This document shows, one piece after another, positions 49,766-61,407 of a DNA stretch of 64,000 bases. This DNA comes from Oikopleura dioica (taxonomy: Eukaryota > Animalia > Chordata), in the NCBI GenBank assembly GCA_907165135.1, contig OU015568.1, positions 14,384,001 through 14,448,000 on the forward strand, in the 5' to 3' direction. The notes under the pieces are model-generated. The model searched no databases, was not told where the DNA came from, and saw nothing but the letters and a program-made list of their open reading frames with translations. Each line of letters starts with the position of its first letter. The stretch's first letter is position 1. Both the position numbers and the translations under genes were made by a program.

Positions 49766-52700
49766 ATGGCTAAATCCGATTGGGAAGTCGTCAAAGACTC
49801 CAAAAAGAAGCCAGCGGCCAAAGGTTCGCCAGAGGTCAAGAAAGTCAGCGTCCTGAAGACGAACAATACTGGCGCTGGGGACAGTCAGAAATCGAAGGCG
49901 ACAGCTACCAAGAAGGTCCATATCTAAATCATGATTCCTCGAAGCTAAGTCATTTTAGCCCGTCAAGAAGGGCCCACCAAAGCGACAGCCATTTGAGCTC
50001 TCGCCAGAAACAACCCAGGAGCTCTTGAAATCGACTTCAATCTTCGATGCCTCCAATTTACTCGGAAGCTCTCTTATGGCACCCGAAAGTATTCCGCCAT
50101 ACAGCCATGAGGATTTCCCAATGAACAAGCTGACAAAGCCGGTCAAGGATACCTTTGACAAACTTTTTGGGCGACTCAACAAAGTCGAAGATCAAAAAAG
50201 CGTGAGTAAAATAACCTCTATTCTTCATTTTGAATTTGATCACTTCAGCTCCTGGTTCAGGGGTCTAAATTCGCAGTGCGAATTCGCTTTATTGCGAAGC
50301 GATGCGAAGCGAAGCGAATTCGCTTTCGCTTCGCTTCGCACTGGAGAGCAGAATTCGCTTCGCTTTCGCTTCGCAAAAATTCCCAAATTTTCGCATAAAT
50401 TTTCGCACAGCAAGCGACTTTGCTATTCGGAAGATTCTTTATCAAAGAGTTGGAGAGGGGCATTATTGATGCCGTTATAAATTCAAGTTTTCTCAGTCTT
50501 GTCAAGACGAGTCTAATGGTGGGTCTAACTCTCAATAAATCCAAGGATTGACTGGTTATCAAGCTGGTCCTACCCCGGAAAACACGTTGCCACCAGCCTT
50601 TTTTATTGTAAGTATGCTAGAATATTTTTTGAATGATCTTTATGAACAGGGCTTATCTACGAAGATGATCTCATCTCCTATCGAGAAAGGGTGACCATTC
50701 GGGCAAGAAATCGTCGATTGAGCATCCGAATGCCCGGCCGAAATCAAGGGCCAAGAGTCGCACCGTCCGAATGCCCGGTCGAGCTGGTGATGGGATTTTC
50801 AATAGATAAGGGCTAGAAAAATAAGTTTCGAGAGGCTTTTGATTCAGTTAGAGGAGCAAGAGAGCAAAAATAGTTGTAAAGAATGCGAAATTTAAGAATT
50901 TTCCTCGGCGCGGGCTTGACCAACCGCCCGAAAGCGCTGAATTCCCCGAAAGTGCCGAACTTGCCCAAATGCCCGAAATGCCCGCTTTTGCCCGGCCAAA
51001 TTTAAGGGGCTGAGCCGTCCAAATGCCCGGCCGAACACATTTTGACCGAAAATTGTCCGTTTTCCCCGACTTCCCGATGTCCGAACGGTCACCCCTGATA
51101 TCGAGTTTATTACTAACTTGGAATAATCAACAGTTAGACCCACCATTCGGCTTATATTGACGAGCTGAAAAAATACAGTAACAGATTTTTTTGTAATTTT
51201 CTGCCCCAAAAATAGGTTTTTGAAATCATCTTCGCTTTTGACTCAAAAGTTTTGAGTGTCTGATTGCTAAAGATTCTTGCCAGAGAATGCGTTTCAATTC
51301 AAGCGAAAAAAATTTGCGCTTTTTTTCGCAATTTTCAATGATATTTCGCTTCGCTTTCGCTTCGCACATGGGCGAAAAATTCGCTTCGCTTTCGCTTCGC
51401 AAAAATTTGAAAATGGTTCGCTTTCGCTTCGCTTTCGCACTAGGATTTCGGCTGATATTTAGACCCCTGCCTGGTTCATATTATGACGAATTTGATCAAT
51501 TCCTCTCGTCGCGCTGAAAATGCCTGGGGATGGCGCTGCGTCGGCCAAATGCTCGTCCGAAAGTATCCAAAAGTAGCCAATATCTCCGAGGATATTCTTG
51601 GCACTGAAACTCACCCCGGAGCAGTTCTGTCCATTATTTTCATGTTGTTTGAATCCACTGAACCTACAGCCCTTTTTGCGGTGCTAGAAACTCTTGTTTA
51701 CTCGAGACTCAACATGAAAAAGTTGCGGAAGTCTTGCCAAAGGTAAAGTTGACACCTCCAATCGTCATTTTACCCCTCATCTAGCTTTCGAAAAAGATCA
51801 AAAACGCATTGACGGAAACGCATCGTACCAATTCGACAAAGATTTCTGTCACTCCGAAAACTACTCCGCTCTTATCACTGCAGCTTCGGACTCCAAACTC
51901 AACAAAAACGTCCAGGTAGATCATCATCTCTAATAATCATAGCTTCATTTGCAATTAGACCGAGCTGGAGCAACTCTCCGTCCGAGCACGTCTATTTACA
52001 AAGCCTGATGAGAACTGGGTCGAGGATCTTTTATCGCATATTGGCACTGGTCGACAAGGAAATGCGCTTCCAATTCTTTTGCAAGGAATTGAAAATCGAC
52101 CAGCTCAGTGTACTCAGAAGCTAAAATCATTAGCATCTACCTATAGGTACGAAAACTCCCTCCACCTTCAAACATTACCATCATTTTAGGCTCCAAGTCC
52201 AATGACAGTTTTTTTAAGGGGGCCCGGAGAACTTTTAAAAAAGGTACTTCCCGACATCGTACGGGGATGAATAAAGGCTCATCTGATAGCCCATTTATCG
52301 AACTGTTTAAAAAAAATTCGACGAAAAAATTGGATCAGCAGGAGTGCTGTATCAGCCGGTTTTCTGTCGGCGAGTCGGTCCTTGCGCGCCGCCACGGCGC
52401 CCATTTTTCAACAATAGCAGCGCCTCAGCCAATCAGCGCGCCGCATTTCCAAATCTATTGTTATTTAGTGCATTTTCAACAGGCATTTACAGCTAAACTA
52501 CTCTATCAAAATCTTCGCTGAATTTTTTTTAAACAGAACTCGGGCTGCTCTTTCAGCCAAGCCCTCATTCATTCCTCTACGATCATGGGAAGAACCTTTT
52601 TTTCAAAAAGTTCTCCGGGCCCCCTTAAAAAAAAAACTGTCAATACGTCCTAGAATCCGTTCCTGAAACCACTCTCAGCGCAAAAAATAGAGCCATCATC

Positions 52701-54661
52701 GAAAAGTCCCTTGACGAACCAGTCACAGCGACACCTCCTAAGTCAAAAACAAAGTCAGCTGGTCCTAAATCGCTGAAGAAAAGCGGCGCTATCTGCGGAA
52801 AAGCCGAGAGCTCGTCTTGCTTCCTCCTCCGATTACCTACCTACATTATGTATTTCCTTCTTTTCACAAGTCTAAGCTCACAGTTTGAGTGTACTCGGCC
52901 TATTTATAATCAACACTTCAAGGTAAGGTCGTTGATTTCTCAGTGAAAAACACTCTTTTGCAGCAATATTACGACGCCTACGTCATTCCAAAATACGACG
53001 AATACGTCGACCCACATGTACAAGAATTCGTCATCCCTGCGTATAAACAATACGGAGAGCCACAAATTGCTCAGCTCCAGAAGCTCTACGCTGCTCACGG
53101 CCAACCTCAACTTGAAAAGCTAATAAAGCTCTACGATACTCATTTGAAAGACCACGTCGATAAAACGATCACGAGTCTGAATGAGCAAGTCCAAACTCAT
53201 GTCGTGCCAACTGTCCAAAATGTTCAAAAGGAACTCGAGCCATTTTTCAACAACGCTGTCAAAAATGGAACAGTCTTGGTCAAGCAACTTCGAGAACAAG
53301 TAAAATCAGGAGGAAAGGCTCTTTTTAACCTTTTCTAGGCAAATGTTCTCGCGGAAAACTGGGGTGTAGTTTGCGAACAAGGAATCGCTGACATGCGAGT
53401 TCAAATCGACAAGTACAGTGCCCTTGCTCGTGATGAGACGCTCAAGGGACTTGCTAAAGTTCAACGCGCTAGTAAAGAATACGCTAATGCTGCTCTTGTC
53501 AATACCGGTCAGTTCTCTTCTTGTACTCTTTCCTTATTGAAATCATAGAGGAGTATCGACAACAAGCATCCGTCAAGTTTGCTGAAGTTCAATCTATTGT
53601 ATATGAAAGAGTTGAAACAACTATTGCTATCATCCAAAAACAGCTTCCAATCATTCACGAGTTCCTGCTCGAGTACAACATCGACAAGATCTTCTCCAAC
53701 ATCTTCGAGGGTATCGGTCGATCAATCGTCTGGACAGGAGATCTCATTGGAAAAGTCGCTGCTGGAAGATTCTGCTGCGCCCAGGTTTGCAAGTTGGTTT
53801 TCTCCCTCGGTTTAAGGGTAGAACATGAAATCGGCGCGCGGCGCCTCACTCGCCCAGCGCCCCGCCGTGCCCTACTTTTCAGAATGCCCTAAAATCGGAA
53901 CGGATAAAGCTTTTTCAAAAATTTTTTCGGATTTAAGATTATCAAAGCCTTTACTTTTCACAGATCAAAAATGAGCAGAATCGTCAAAGAAAAAGTCGGA
54001 GAAAATGACATGAGTTGGTTAAACTCTATCTCCTCTCGCAATTCTTATCCGATTTTTTCAAATTTAGATAGGTCGAAAGTGCTCCGTTAGACCTAAAATT
54101 TCGTAGTCTCAGAATTAATTTTAAAGCTTTTTGGAATTTTATATGAGCTTTTGAAATGAGAGCTGCGCCGTCGTGAGGCGCGCAGCGTGAGAGAAAAAGC
54201 GGCGCGGCGTGAAAGCACTTGTTTTGAGAAGCCGTGTTGAACGTTAGGAAGCTTCAAAATTAATTCTAAGACTACGAAATTTTAGGTCTAACGGAGCACT
54301 TTCGACCTATCTAAATTTGAAAAAATCGGATAAGAATTGCGAGAGGAGATAGAGTTTAACCAACTCATGTCATTTTCTCCGACTTTTTCTTTGACGATTC
54401 TGCTCATTTTTGATCTGTGAAAAGTAAAGGCTTTGATAATCTTAAATCCGAAAAAATTTTTGAAAAAGCTTTATCCGTTCCGATTTTAGGGCATTCTGAA
54501 AAGTAGGGCACGGCGGGGCGCTGGGCGAGTGAGGCGCCGCGCGCCGATTTCATGTTCTACCCTTAAGCTAATTTTAGAGCCAAATCGCCCGCCTTGGCAA
54601 CGACATCTACGAGCTCGGCCTTCTTGCATACAATCAAGTTCAAAATCTTATCCAAAATTAG
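49766..54661 (+). CDS. TMEM214: TMEM214-like ER membrane protein, interrupted by two exonic and one intronic transposon insertion
   Basis: N-terminal WEVVK, EDFPMNKL, GWRCVGQMLVRKYPKVA and C-terminal hydrophobic segments; the frame is continuous once elements plus one TSD copy are removed. Confidence 0.7.
50430..51230. mobile_element. Degenerate relative of the 44374-45016 fold-back element
   Basis: Shares GACGAGTC..ATGGTGGGTCTAACTC, CCGGAAAA.ACGTTG.CACC and the right end TTTTTGAAATCATC; TTCG on both flanks. Confidence 0.7.
50686..51097. mobile_element. hAT MITE (innermost of the nest)
   Basis: TIR core GGGTGACC(A/G)TTCGG; 8-bp TSD CTATCGAG/ATATCGAG (7 of 8); internal (CCG)AATGCCCG repeats. 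Confidence 0.8.
52204..52641. mobile_element. TIR element GACAG...CTGTC with 3-bp TSD AAT, inserted in a TMEM214 exon
   Basis: About 90-bp imperfect TIRs (GACAG-Tn-AAGGGGGCCCGGAGAACTTTT); AAT at 52201-52203 and 52642-52644. Confidence 0.88.
53816..54562. mobile_element. TTAA-flanked fold-back element (GGG...CCC termini, Kolobok-like) in the last TMEM214 intron
   Basis: About 310-bp almost identical inverted arms; TTAA at 53812-53815 and 54563-54566; removal leaves a 42-nt GT-AG intron. Confidence 0.9.
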
Positions 54662-54889
54662 TTAGATTTTTTCTGAATTTATTAAAGTTTAAAAACTGCT
54701 GTCCATTTACCATTTAGTGCAATACCTACTGTGAATTCAACTTGATTCTATTACTACTAGCTAAAGCAAAACCTTACTGTCGCAAGTTCATTTCTGTAGT
54801 TCAATTAAAAAAGGCGACCGCTTGAAAATTCCCGCTAAATTTCTATGAGTTCAAATATATGAAAACATCCATTCAGCGAAATCAAAAAC

Positions 54890-56505
54890 ATGTCGGACCA
54901 TGAATCTGATAATGAGGAACTACCAGGACTTGGCAAAAGAGATCTTGTAGAAAGGTGTGTTAGGCAGTAAAGAAAATATTCATACAGGCATTTTCTAGCG
55001 CTGAGCCTCCAGTAAAAAAGCGTCGAAAGAAGAAGAAGCGAGGGCGAGTCCTTACAGTGGACGATATGCCGCGAAAAGTTCGGGAGGAATTCCGAACCGA
55101 TCAAAAAGCTGAAAAATTCTTGCGCCTTCTGGGTGGCCTCAAGCCCGAAAACGTACACGCAAATCTTACCTGGATGCGACGATGCAAAACTGGTAAATTC
55201 GCGGAGATGATGGAGTCGGAGCTTTGGGATCACTTCCTTTCCTGCTTTCATCGAAATTACATGTTTGGCAGAAAAGGTGGTTTTGGATTTGAGAAAAAGC
55301 TGCCATCGAAGGACCAGCTTGCCTGGCTCGAAATGAAGCAGTGGGAACAAGACTCCGATGACGAAGAGTTGCTCGAACTCCCCAGCGGCTGGATGGAGCG
55401 CGACGAGGAGCCTGAGGAGTACATGAAGGTCACCAACGGACGAGTCGAGTTTAGCGGCAAAACGTATATCAAAGTGTCAGTGATGTACGGAGGCGGTTCT
55501 CAGCTCGACCCGAGAGACACGATTTGCGATCCAACGCCGATGTCCGAAATTGAAGCCCAAATCGCGGCAGAAGAAGCTGAAGATACTGACGATGATCTTA
55601 AAAATCCAGATCAGCCAAAAGTAAGGCTTTCTTTGATTCCATGTTCACGCATTTTAAGCCTATGCCAATGACTGCCGAAGAACAAGAAGCAGCTCGTCTG
55701 GCGAAACAGGCGAAACTCGAAGAAGAAATCCGCGAAAAAGAAGAAGAAATCACCACTGCCAAGCTCGCCGCGGAAACGATGTATCGAGGAATGGGTGTCG
55801 AGCCTGGCGAGGAAAATTCACGATCCCGACGTCGTCAGGAAATCCACTGGGACTACGATCACAAGGTAAAACCAAGATTTAAAATTACTCTAATCTCTTT
55901 ACTCAGGCGGAACCGGATCTGAAAGTGGGATCTGGCGGCGTAAATAAATTCATTTCGGACTCGTATGGATATGGGGGTTACCGTGAATCTGAAATGGCAC
56001 GTGATCAGTGGAAAGATCTATCTTACGATCAGACGCACGGGCAGGGAGCCAGCAAATACAGAAAATCAGCGTACGATAATTGGGATCAAGACTTCGAGCA
56101 AAAATACGTAAGAAATCACAATCCCTTTTCGTTTCATTCAGTAATGATTCTAGAAATGGGAGGATTTCGCAACCAAATGGGCGATCAAACGAAAGGAAAT
56201 GAAATTCTACAACAGGTTTATTTTTCCTCTCCAAAAAAATTACTCAAGATCAATTCAGACAACATCACAAATACGAGGACATCACAGACACCCGAAAACA
56301 GTTCCTCGAAAAAGAGGATAAGAGATTCAACGAAAAACGAGTCCAAGCTGATGTTTCTTACTGGGCTCAAGCAGCTGCTCAGGCCTCGATGGCCGTCCTC
56401 GCAGGAAGCAAAGATGGCAAAATCGATCTCCAGAACGCACCGTGGATGAAACAGCCTGCCCCTGCCCCCTCCAATGAGGATCCAAGAAAAAAGATGTCGT
56501 ATTAA
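54890..56505 (+). CDS. Uncharacterised charged, probably nuclear, protein
   Basis: Multi-exon frame MSDHESDNEE...PPVKKRRKKKKR (NLS-like)...DPRKKMSY; no family recognised. Confidence 0.6.
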
Positions 56506-56603
56506 CTTTTCCCACAAGAAATTGTCTGTATTCCCTGTTCACAAATCCACTACCTTCAAAATTTTACGGTCTATTGAAAATATCCAAACTTGATTATCAA
56601 AGA

Positions 56604-57995
56604 ATGACAACAGAAGTCGAAAATGGTCAGGAAGCAACGCCTGAGAAGACAGATTCTTCAGTTACCGCGTTGCCAATAGAAAAGAAAGAGGAAGGACCCG
56701 ACGAAGGTAAAATCGCACTTCCTTTTGAGTTCCGTCAAATTGATTTTAGAGGAATCAGAAGCAGAAGAAATCGACTCAGACGATGATTCGGACGACGATG
56801 TAAATATTATGATCGGAGATATCGACGGCGAAGCTGTTATAAACATAAACCCAGTACGTTCTCTTCCTTGATTTCCGACCCTGAATTGATTTTTTCCAGA
56901 AAGATGCAAACAGCGAAGACAAAAAGACAAGACGCCTCAGCAAGCAGAAGTGCTCATTACTTCTTCAAGCGGAAAATTGATCCCAAATCCTGAAATAGAT
57001 GCACTCACGGATAAGCCGTGGCAAAAGCCTGGCGCTGACTTATCAGATTATTTTAATTACGGGTATATAAAATATAAATTCTCAATCCATTCATAATTTA
57101 TTCATTCAGATTTGAAGAAACCTCATGGAGAAAGTACTCGGAGAAGCAGAGAACGCTCAGAGATCGAGCTTTGCTCCTGCTACGGACAAGGACGAACATA
57201 GCTCAATTTGCGCCACCTGGAATGCCGTTCCTTCCAATGGGACCATCGCCTATCAAATCTGAAAACTTCAACAGATCTAACCCGCCTCCAGTTATCAGTT
57301 CCAACGGCAGTTTACCAGTAAATGCCAGCATGGGTGACCGCAGAGGACCACCAGGTAGACAGTACGCCAGTAAGCAAGCAAATTTACGTCATAATTCTAG
57401 ATATCAAATCAGACAAGGACAGTGGCCCACCGCCGCACCTCATGCCGCCTCGATTCGGCATGCCACCTGGTATGCCTCCGCGACCAGGGATGCCAGGAAT
57501 GCCGGCGATGCCGCCTGGAATGCCGCCTTTTGGCTTTCCCCCGCGGCCGGGTATGCCTGGCATGCCTCCCGGAATGCCTCCTGGCTTTCCTCCAGGCTTC
57601 AACCCAGGTAGAGTTTCGATTCTAGGCCACTTTTAATACTTTTGTCAGATGTAAAACAAGAAAGACATGATGGGAGAAGAAGCGATCGCGAGGATTACCG
57701 CGACCGACGAAACTTTGAACGATCCGATCGAGGACGAGACCGCGATCGGGACAGGGATAGAGACCGCGATCGTGACCGAGATCGGGATAGAGACAGATCA
57801 GAGCGCCGTCGGAGAGACGATGACCGAGGTGGTAGTGACAGAAGCCGCTCGCGGCGCCGCTCACGAGACCGATCAAGAGACAGAGATCGCTCCAGAGACC
57901 GCGACAGATCGAGAGACAGAAGCTCTAGAAGAAGCGATAGGCGATCCCGCTCAAGATCGCGCGATCGAGACAGAGATCGACACCGTAGAAGATGA
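56604..57995 (+). CDS. FIP1L1: Pre-mRNA 3'-end processing factor FIP1
   Basis: [35 protein letters not shown] (Fip1 motif), Pro-rich region, RD/RS tail. Confidence 0.92.
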
Positions 57996-58102
57996 TTTAT
58001 TAAAATTTGTACTGCCAACTGTCGAAGCTCTGTTTTTGTCGATTCAAAACATGTTTTCAAAACGAAGCTTGTAAAAAATAAAATAATTCTAGGTTTGGAT
58101 CG

Positions 58103-59176
58103 ATGGATAACGATCAGCTAGAGCAGGGCAATGGGGACACCAAGGAACTCGCTTCCAAGATGGTCCTCATTCAGAACAAGCGATTTTACCTTGATGTCAA
58201 AAAGAACGACCGCGGAATGTAAGAATCAATCCTAAAATTTGTCTTTTGACTGCTGTTTTAGGTTTGTTAAAGTAGCGGAAGTGTCCCCAGGGGGCAACAA
58301 GTCCCGATTGACGCTTTCGATGGCTACTGCAGCCGAATTCCGCGACTTGTTGGGTAATGAATCATTGATCCAATAATAAATATTTTACAATAAAATTAAG
58401 GCGATTTCATCGAGCATTACGCACAGCTCGGTCCTTCGGATCCTGCTCAGCCAGCAGAAGAAAGACAGAAGCCACTGAAGACGGAGCGTCTTCACCGAGA
58501 GAGCCGACGATACTTTTGGATCTGAAAGAGAACAATCGCGGACGGTAAATTTCTCTTCATCGAGTCCAAGCTCAAAGCCCTTTCAGATACCTTCGTATCC
58601 GACAGCAAACTGCCTACAACGGACAGGGCCAGGTCCAGAACCAAGGCCCGCCACCCCAGATTGTTCTCCCAGCCCAAGGTATAATTTACACTTGAAATTG
58701 AGCTTGTAATTAATGTATGCGTGAAGGGATGATTGAATTCCGAGACACCCTGACTGGATTGATTGACGAGTACGGACAGATCGAAGAAGATCAGTTTGAA
58801 TTACCAAAGCCTCATGTGATTGGCGATAAGCGAAACAAGCAGGTTCCAAATGTTGTTTTTTCTAATAAATTATTTAAAAATATATTTATTTTATATTTTA
58901 AGTATTTATCAAAACGGAAGATTATTTGATATGTGTTTTTTAGTTTTTCCTTGACGCTGGTCAAAATCAGCGAGGAGTCTTCTTGAGAATCACCGAGCAG
59001 ACTCGCTATTATCGTCAGGCTATTACAAGTAAGACTTGTTTGAGAGCTTCCTCCTCACTGATTTTCTAGTTCCGGAGAAGTATTTCGGCGCCTTCGCTGA
59101 CTACTTCTGCCAAGCAGCTGATAAAATGGAAGCCGCTGGTGAGGGATCATCCCACACTGGCAGTTTGAATGAATAA
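58103..59176 (+). CDS. PURA: Pur-alpha family protein (apparent 1-bp deletion at 58514-58517)
   Basis: [76 protein letters not shown]. Confidence 0.9.
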
Positions 59177-59613
59177 AGAGTCTCCCTGATCGTTCTGATT
59201 CCTACTTCGGAATCATGAGAGAATCAGCACACGCTCTTACTACTTGTCCCTTCTGTTCGAAAGTTCATGACTGTGATTTCGAAAGACGAATCTGTTGGAA
59301 ATCGGTATGAGTCGGATTTCAATTAATGCGGATGTTTCCAAACCAAATTTTTGCTAAAATGAAAACCGACCCTTCTTTTAAATTGAATTGATCAGAGTAA
59401 TGGTCAATTTCTCTGTAGCAACTTTCATTCGCCATCAAACAAGTCACTGTCTTTAATTTTGTTATAAAGTTCAACTTATGCTTAAAATTTCGAGTCCAAC
59501 TCATGCTACTTATCCGACACATTCTTCTTTACTATCTTCTCTTTACTTTTAGTTACAGTAGTTGTCAGAATATACTACAGAAGGAAAGCAAAAACTCTTG
59601 ATGTCTTTGTAGA

Positions 59614-61206
59614 ATGCAATTGATTTCAGTTCTGGGGTTGATTCTAGCTCCCCAGGTTTCGTGCAAAGGGGTGAAGAAACCAAATGTTTTGATAATCGTA
59701 GCTGATGATTTGGGATGGAATGATATTTCCCTACATAACTCATTTCTTTCGACTCCTAATGTCGATGGCCTCATTCAAGAATCTCTACATCTTCAGTCTT
59801 ACTATGTCAATCCTATTTGCACTCCCACTAGATCTGTTCTGATGAGGTAACCTAAACCAACCCATCCCTATCTTTATAATCGTCATTATCAATAGCGGTC
59901 GTTATCAAATTCACACTGGTCTCCAGCACGCGGTTATTCTCGGTGCTCAGCCTAATGGCCTACCCTCAGCGACCCTGTCCAGCCGGAATTGTTCAAAGAT
60001 TGCGGCTATCGAACTCACATGGTGGGCAAGTGGCACCTTGGTTTTTACGATGAGAGGATGGTCCCCGAAAATCGTGGGTTCGAAAGTCACTACGGATATC
60101 TAATCGGGGCAGAGGGACATTACAATCACTCGCAGTTTATTCAAGGTCAAAGTGGAGTGGACTTTCGCGACGGGGGCAAGTCAACGAATTCTAGCTGGGG
60201 TCAATATGGCGCAGAAATCTTTGCTGATCGAGTGGAAAAGCTTGTCGAAGCTCATGACCCAGAGGAATCTTTTTACATGTATGTTGGTCTTCAGAATGTT
60301 CATTACCCATTGGAAGCGCCGCAGAAATACGTTGACATGTACTCATGGATTGAGGATCGAGATCGACGCATTTACGCGGCAATGACGAAGAGTATGGACG
60401 ATACAGTAGGTCGAATCATCGACAGTTTCAAGAACAAAGGCCTCTGGGAAGATACCATTGTCTACTTTACCACGGACAATGGAGGAAGCACCCTCTACGG
60501 CGGTAACAACTGGCCACTAAGAGGACTGAAGAACACTCTTTGGGAAGGCGGTATAAGAGGAATCGGATCAATCAAGATCCCGGGAGTCTCCGCCGACAAA
60601 CGAAACCAGCTGATGCACGTGGTTGATGTCTTCCCAACTCTTCTCGATCTCACACAATGCGCAAACACCCGAAAAGTGAAATTCGATGGCAAGTCCCAAG
60701 CCAAAATGCTCGTTGAAAATGATGAGTCACAGAATGACTCGTTCCTAATCAACATTGACCCGCTTCGTTTGAACAAGAAATCGCCAGATAATCGAACATG
60801 GAATTCTGACTATGACGTGAGAGTACAGTCCGGATTGAGGTGGAAGCAGTGGAAGTTGCTGACCGGACAGCCGTCGAGTGATGGGTATCCAACTGGGCAT
60901 ATTTATCCTCCTGAATGGCCGAAAACTGATCGTAAAAATGACAACACGAATAATTTCGATGCTATTTCTGACCTAAACGTACGATTGTACGATATCGAAA
61001 ACGATCCACTGGAAGACTTTGAAATTTCAAACGAAAATAAAGACATCGTCGAGCAAATGCTAAACATGCTCTCTGCCTATAACTCCAACGCAGTTCCATG
61101 CCGCTGGCCAAAGCCGGATCCAGCGGGTTTGCCGGACCAAAATGACGGCTTTTGGAAGCCCTGGATCAACACAAATCATAAACTTCAGTTCGAGCCCAGT
61201 CTCTAG
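59614..61206 (+). CDS. Arylsulfatase B/I/J-family sulfatase (apparent 1-bp deletion at 59963-59965)
   Basis: Signal peptide, PNVLIIVADDLGWND, CTPTR, GYRTHMVGKWHLG, TTDNGG, NWPLRGLKNTLWEGG. Confidence 0.92.
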
Positions 61207-61407
61207 AATAGTCCATGTGTATTGAAAAAATTCATCCTCTTTTATTTATCATGTAGAGCGCTTTTTCTCTGTGCGCTAATCCCAACTCTGCTCCAATCAG
61301 CTGCCATTCTCTTTCAATTCTTCTTTTTTGCTCGCCTTCCTTTATGCACATTCAATAATTCATTAAAATTCTAGTGCTAAGAGAATGTTCAATTCAGAGT
61401 ACCAAAA

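Larger units (their letters stand above)
50258..51469. mobile_element. hAT-like non-autonomous element CAGGGGTCTAAAT...ATTTAGACCCCTG with TTCGC subterminal arrays; contains two nested elements
   Basis: Perfect 13-bp TIR; direct repeat CCTGGTT at 50251-50257 and 51470-51476; TTCGC arrays about 50270-50420 and 51310-51440. Confidence 0.88.

Noticed and set aside
50270-51445. TTCGC/TTCGCT arrays as a CRISPR-like or coding repeat (ORFs rich in RFRFA)
   Set aside because: No repeat-spacer periodicity; they are subterminal repeats of a TIR element in a eukaryotic gene
53816-54717. ORFs MRRRAPISCSTLK on both strands
   Set aside because: Artefacts of the palindromic element arms
57667-58074. Alternative-frame and antisense ORFs over the FIP1L1 RD/RS tail
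   Set aside because: Shadow ORFs produced by repetitive codons
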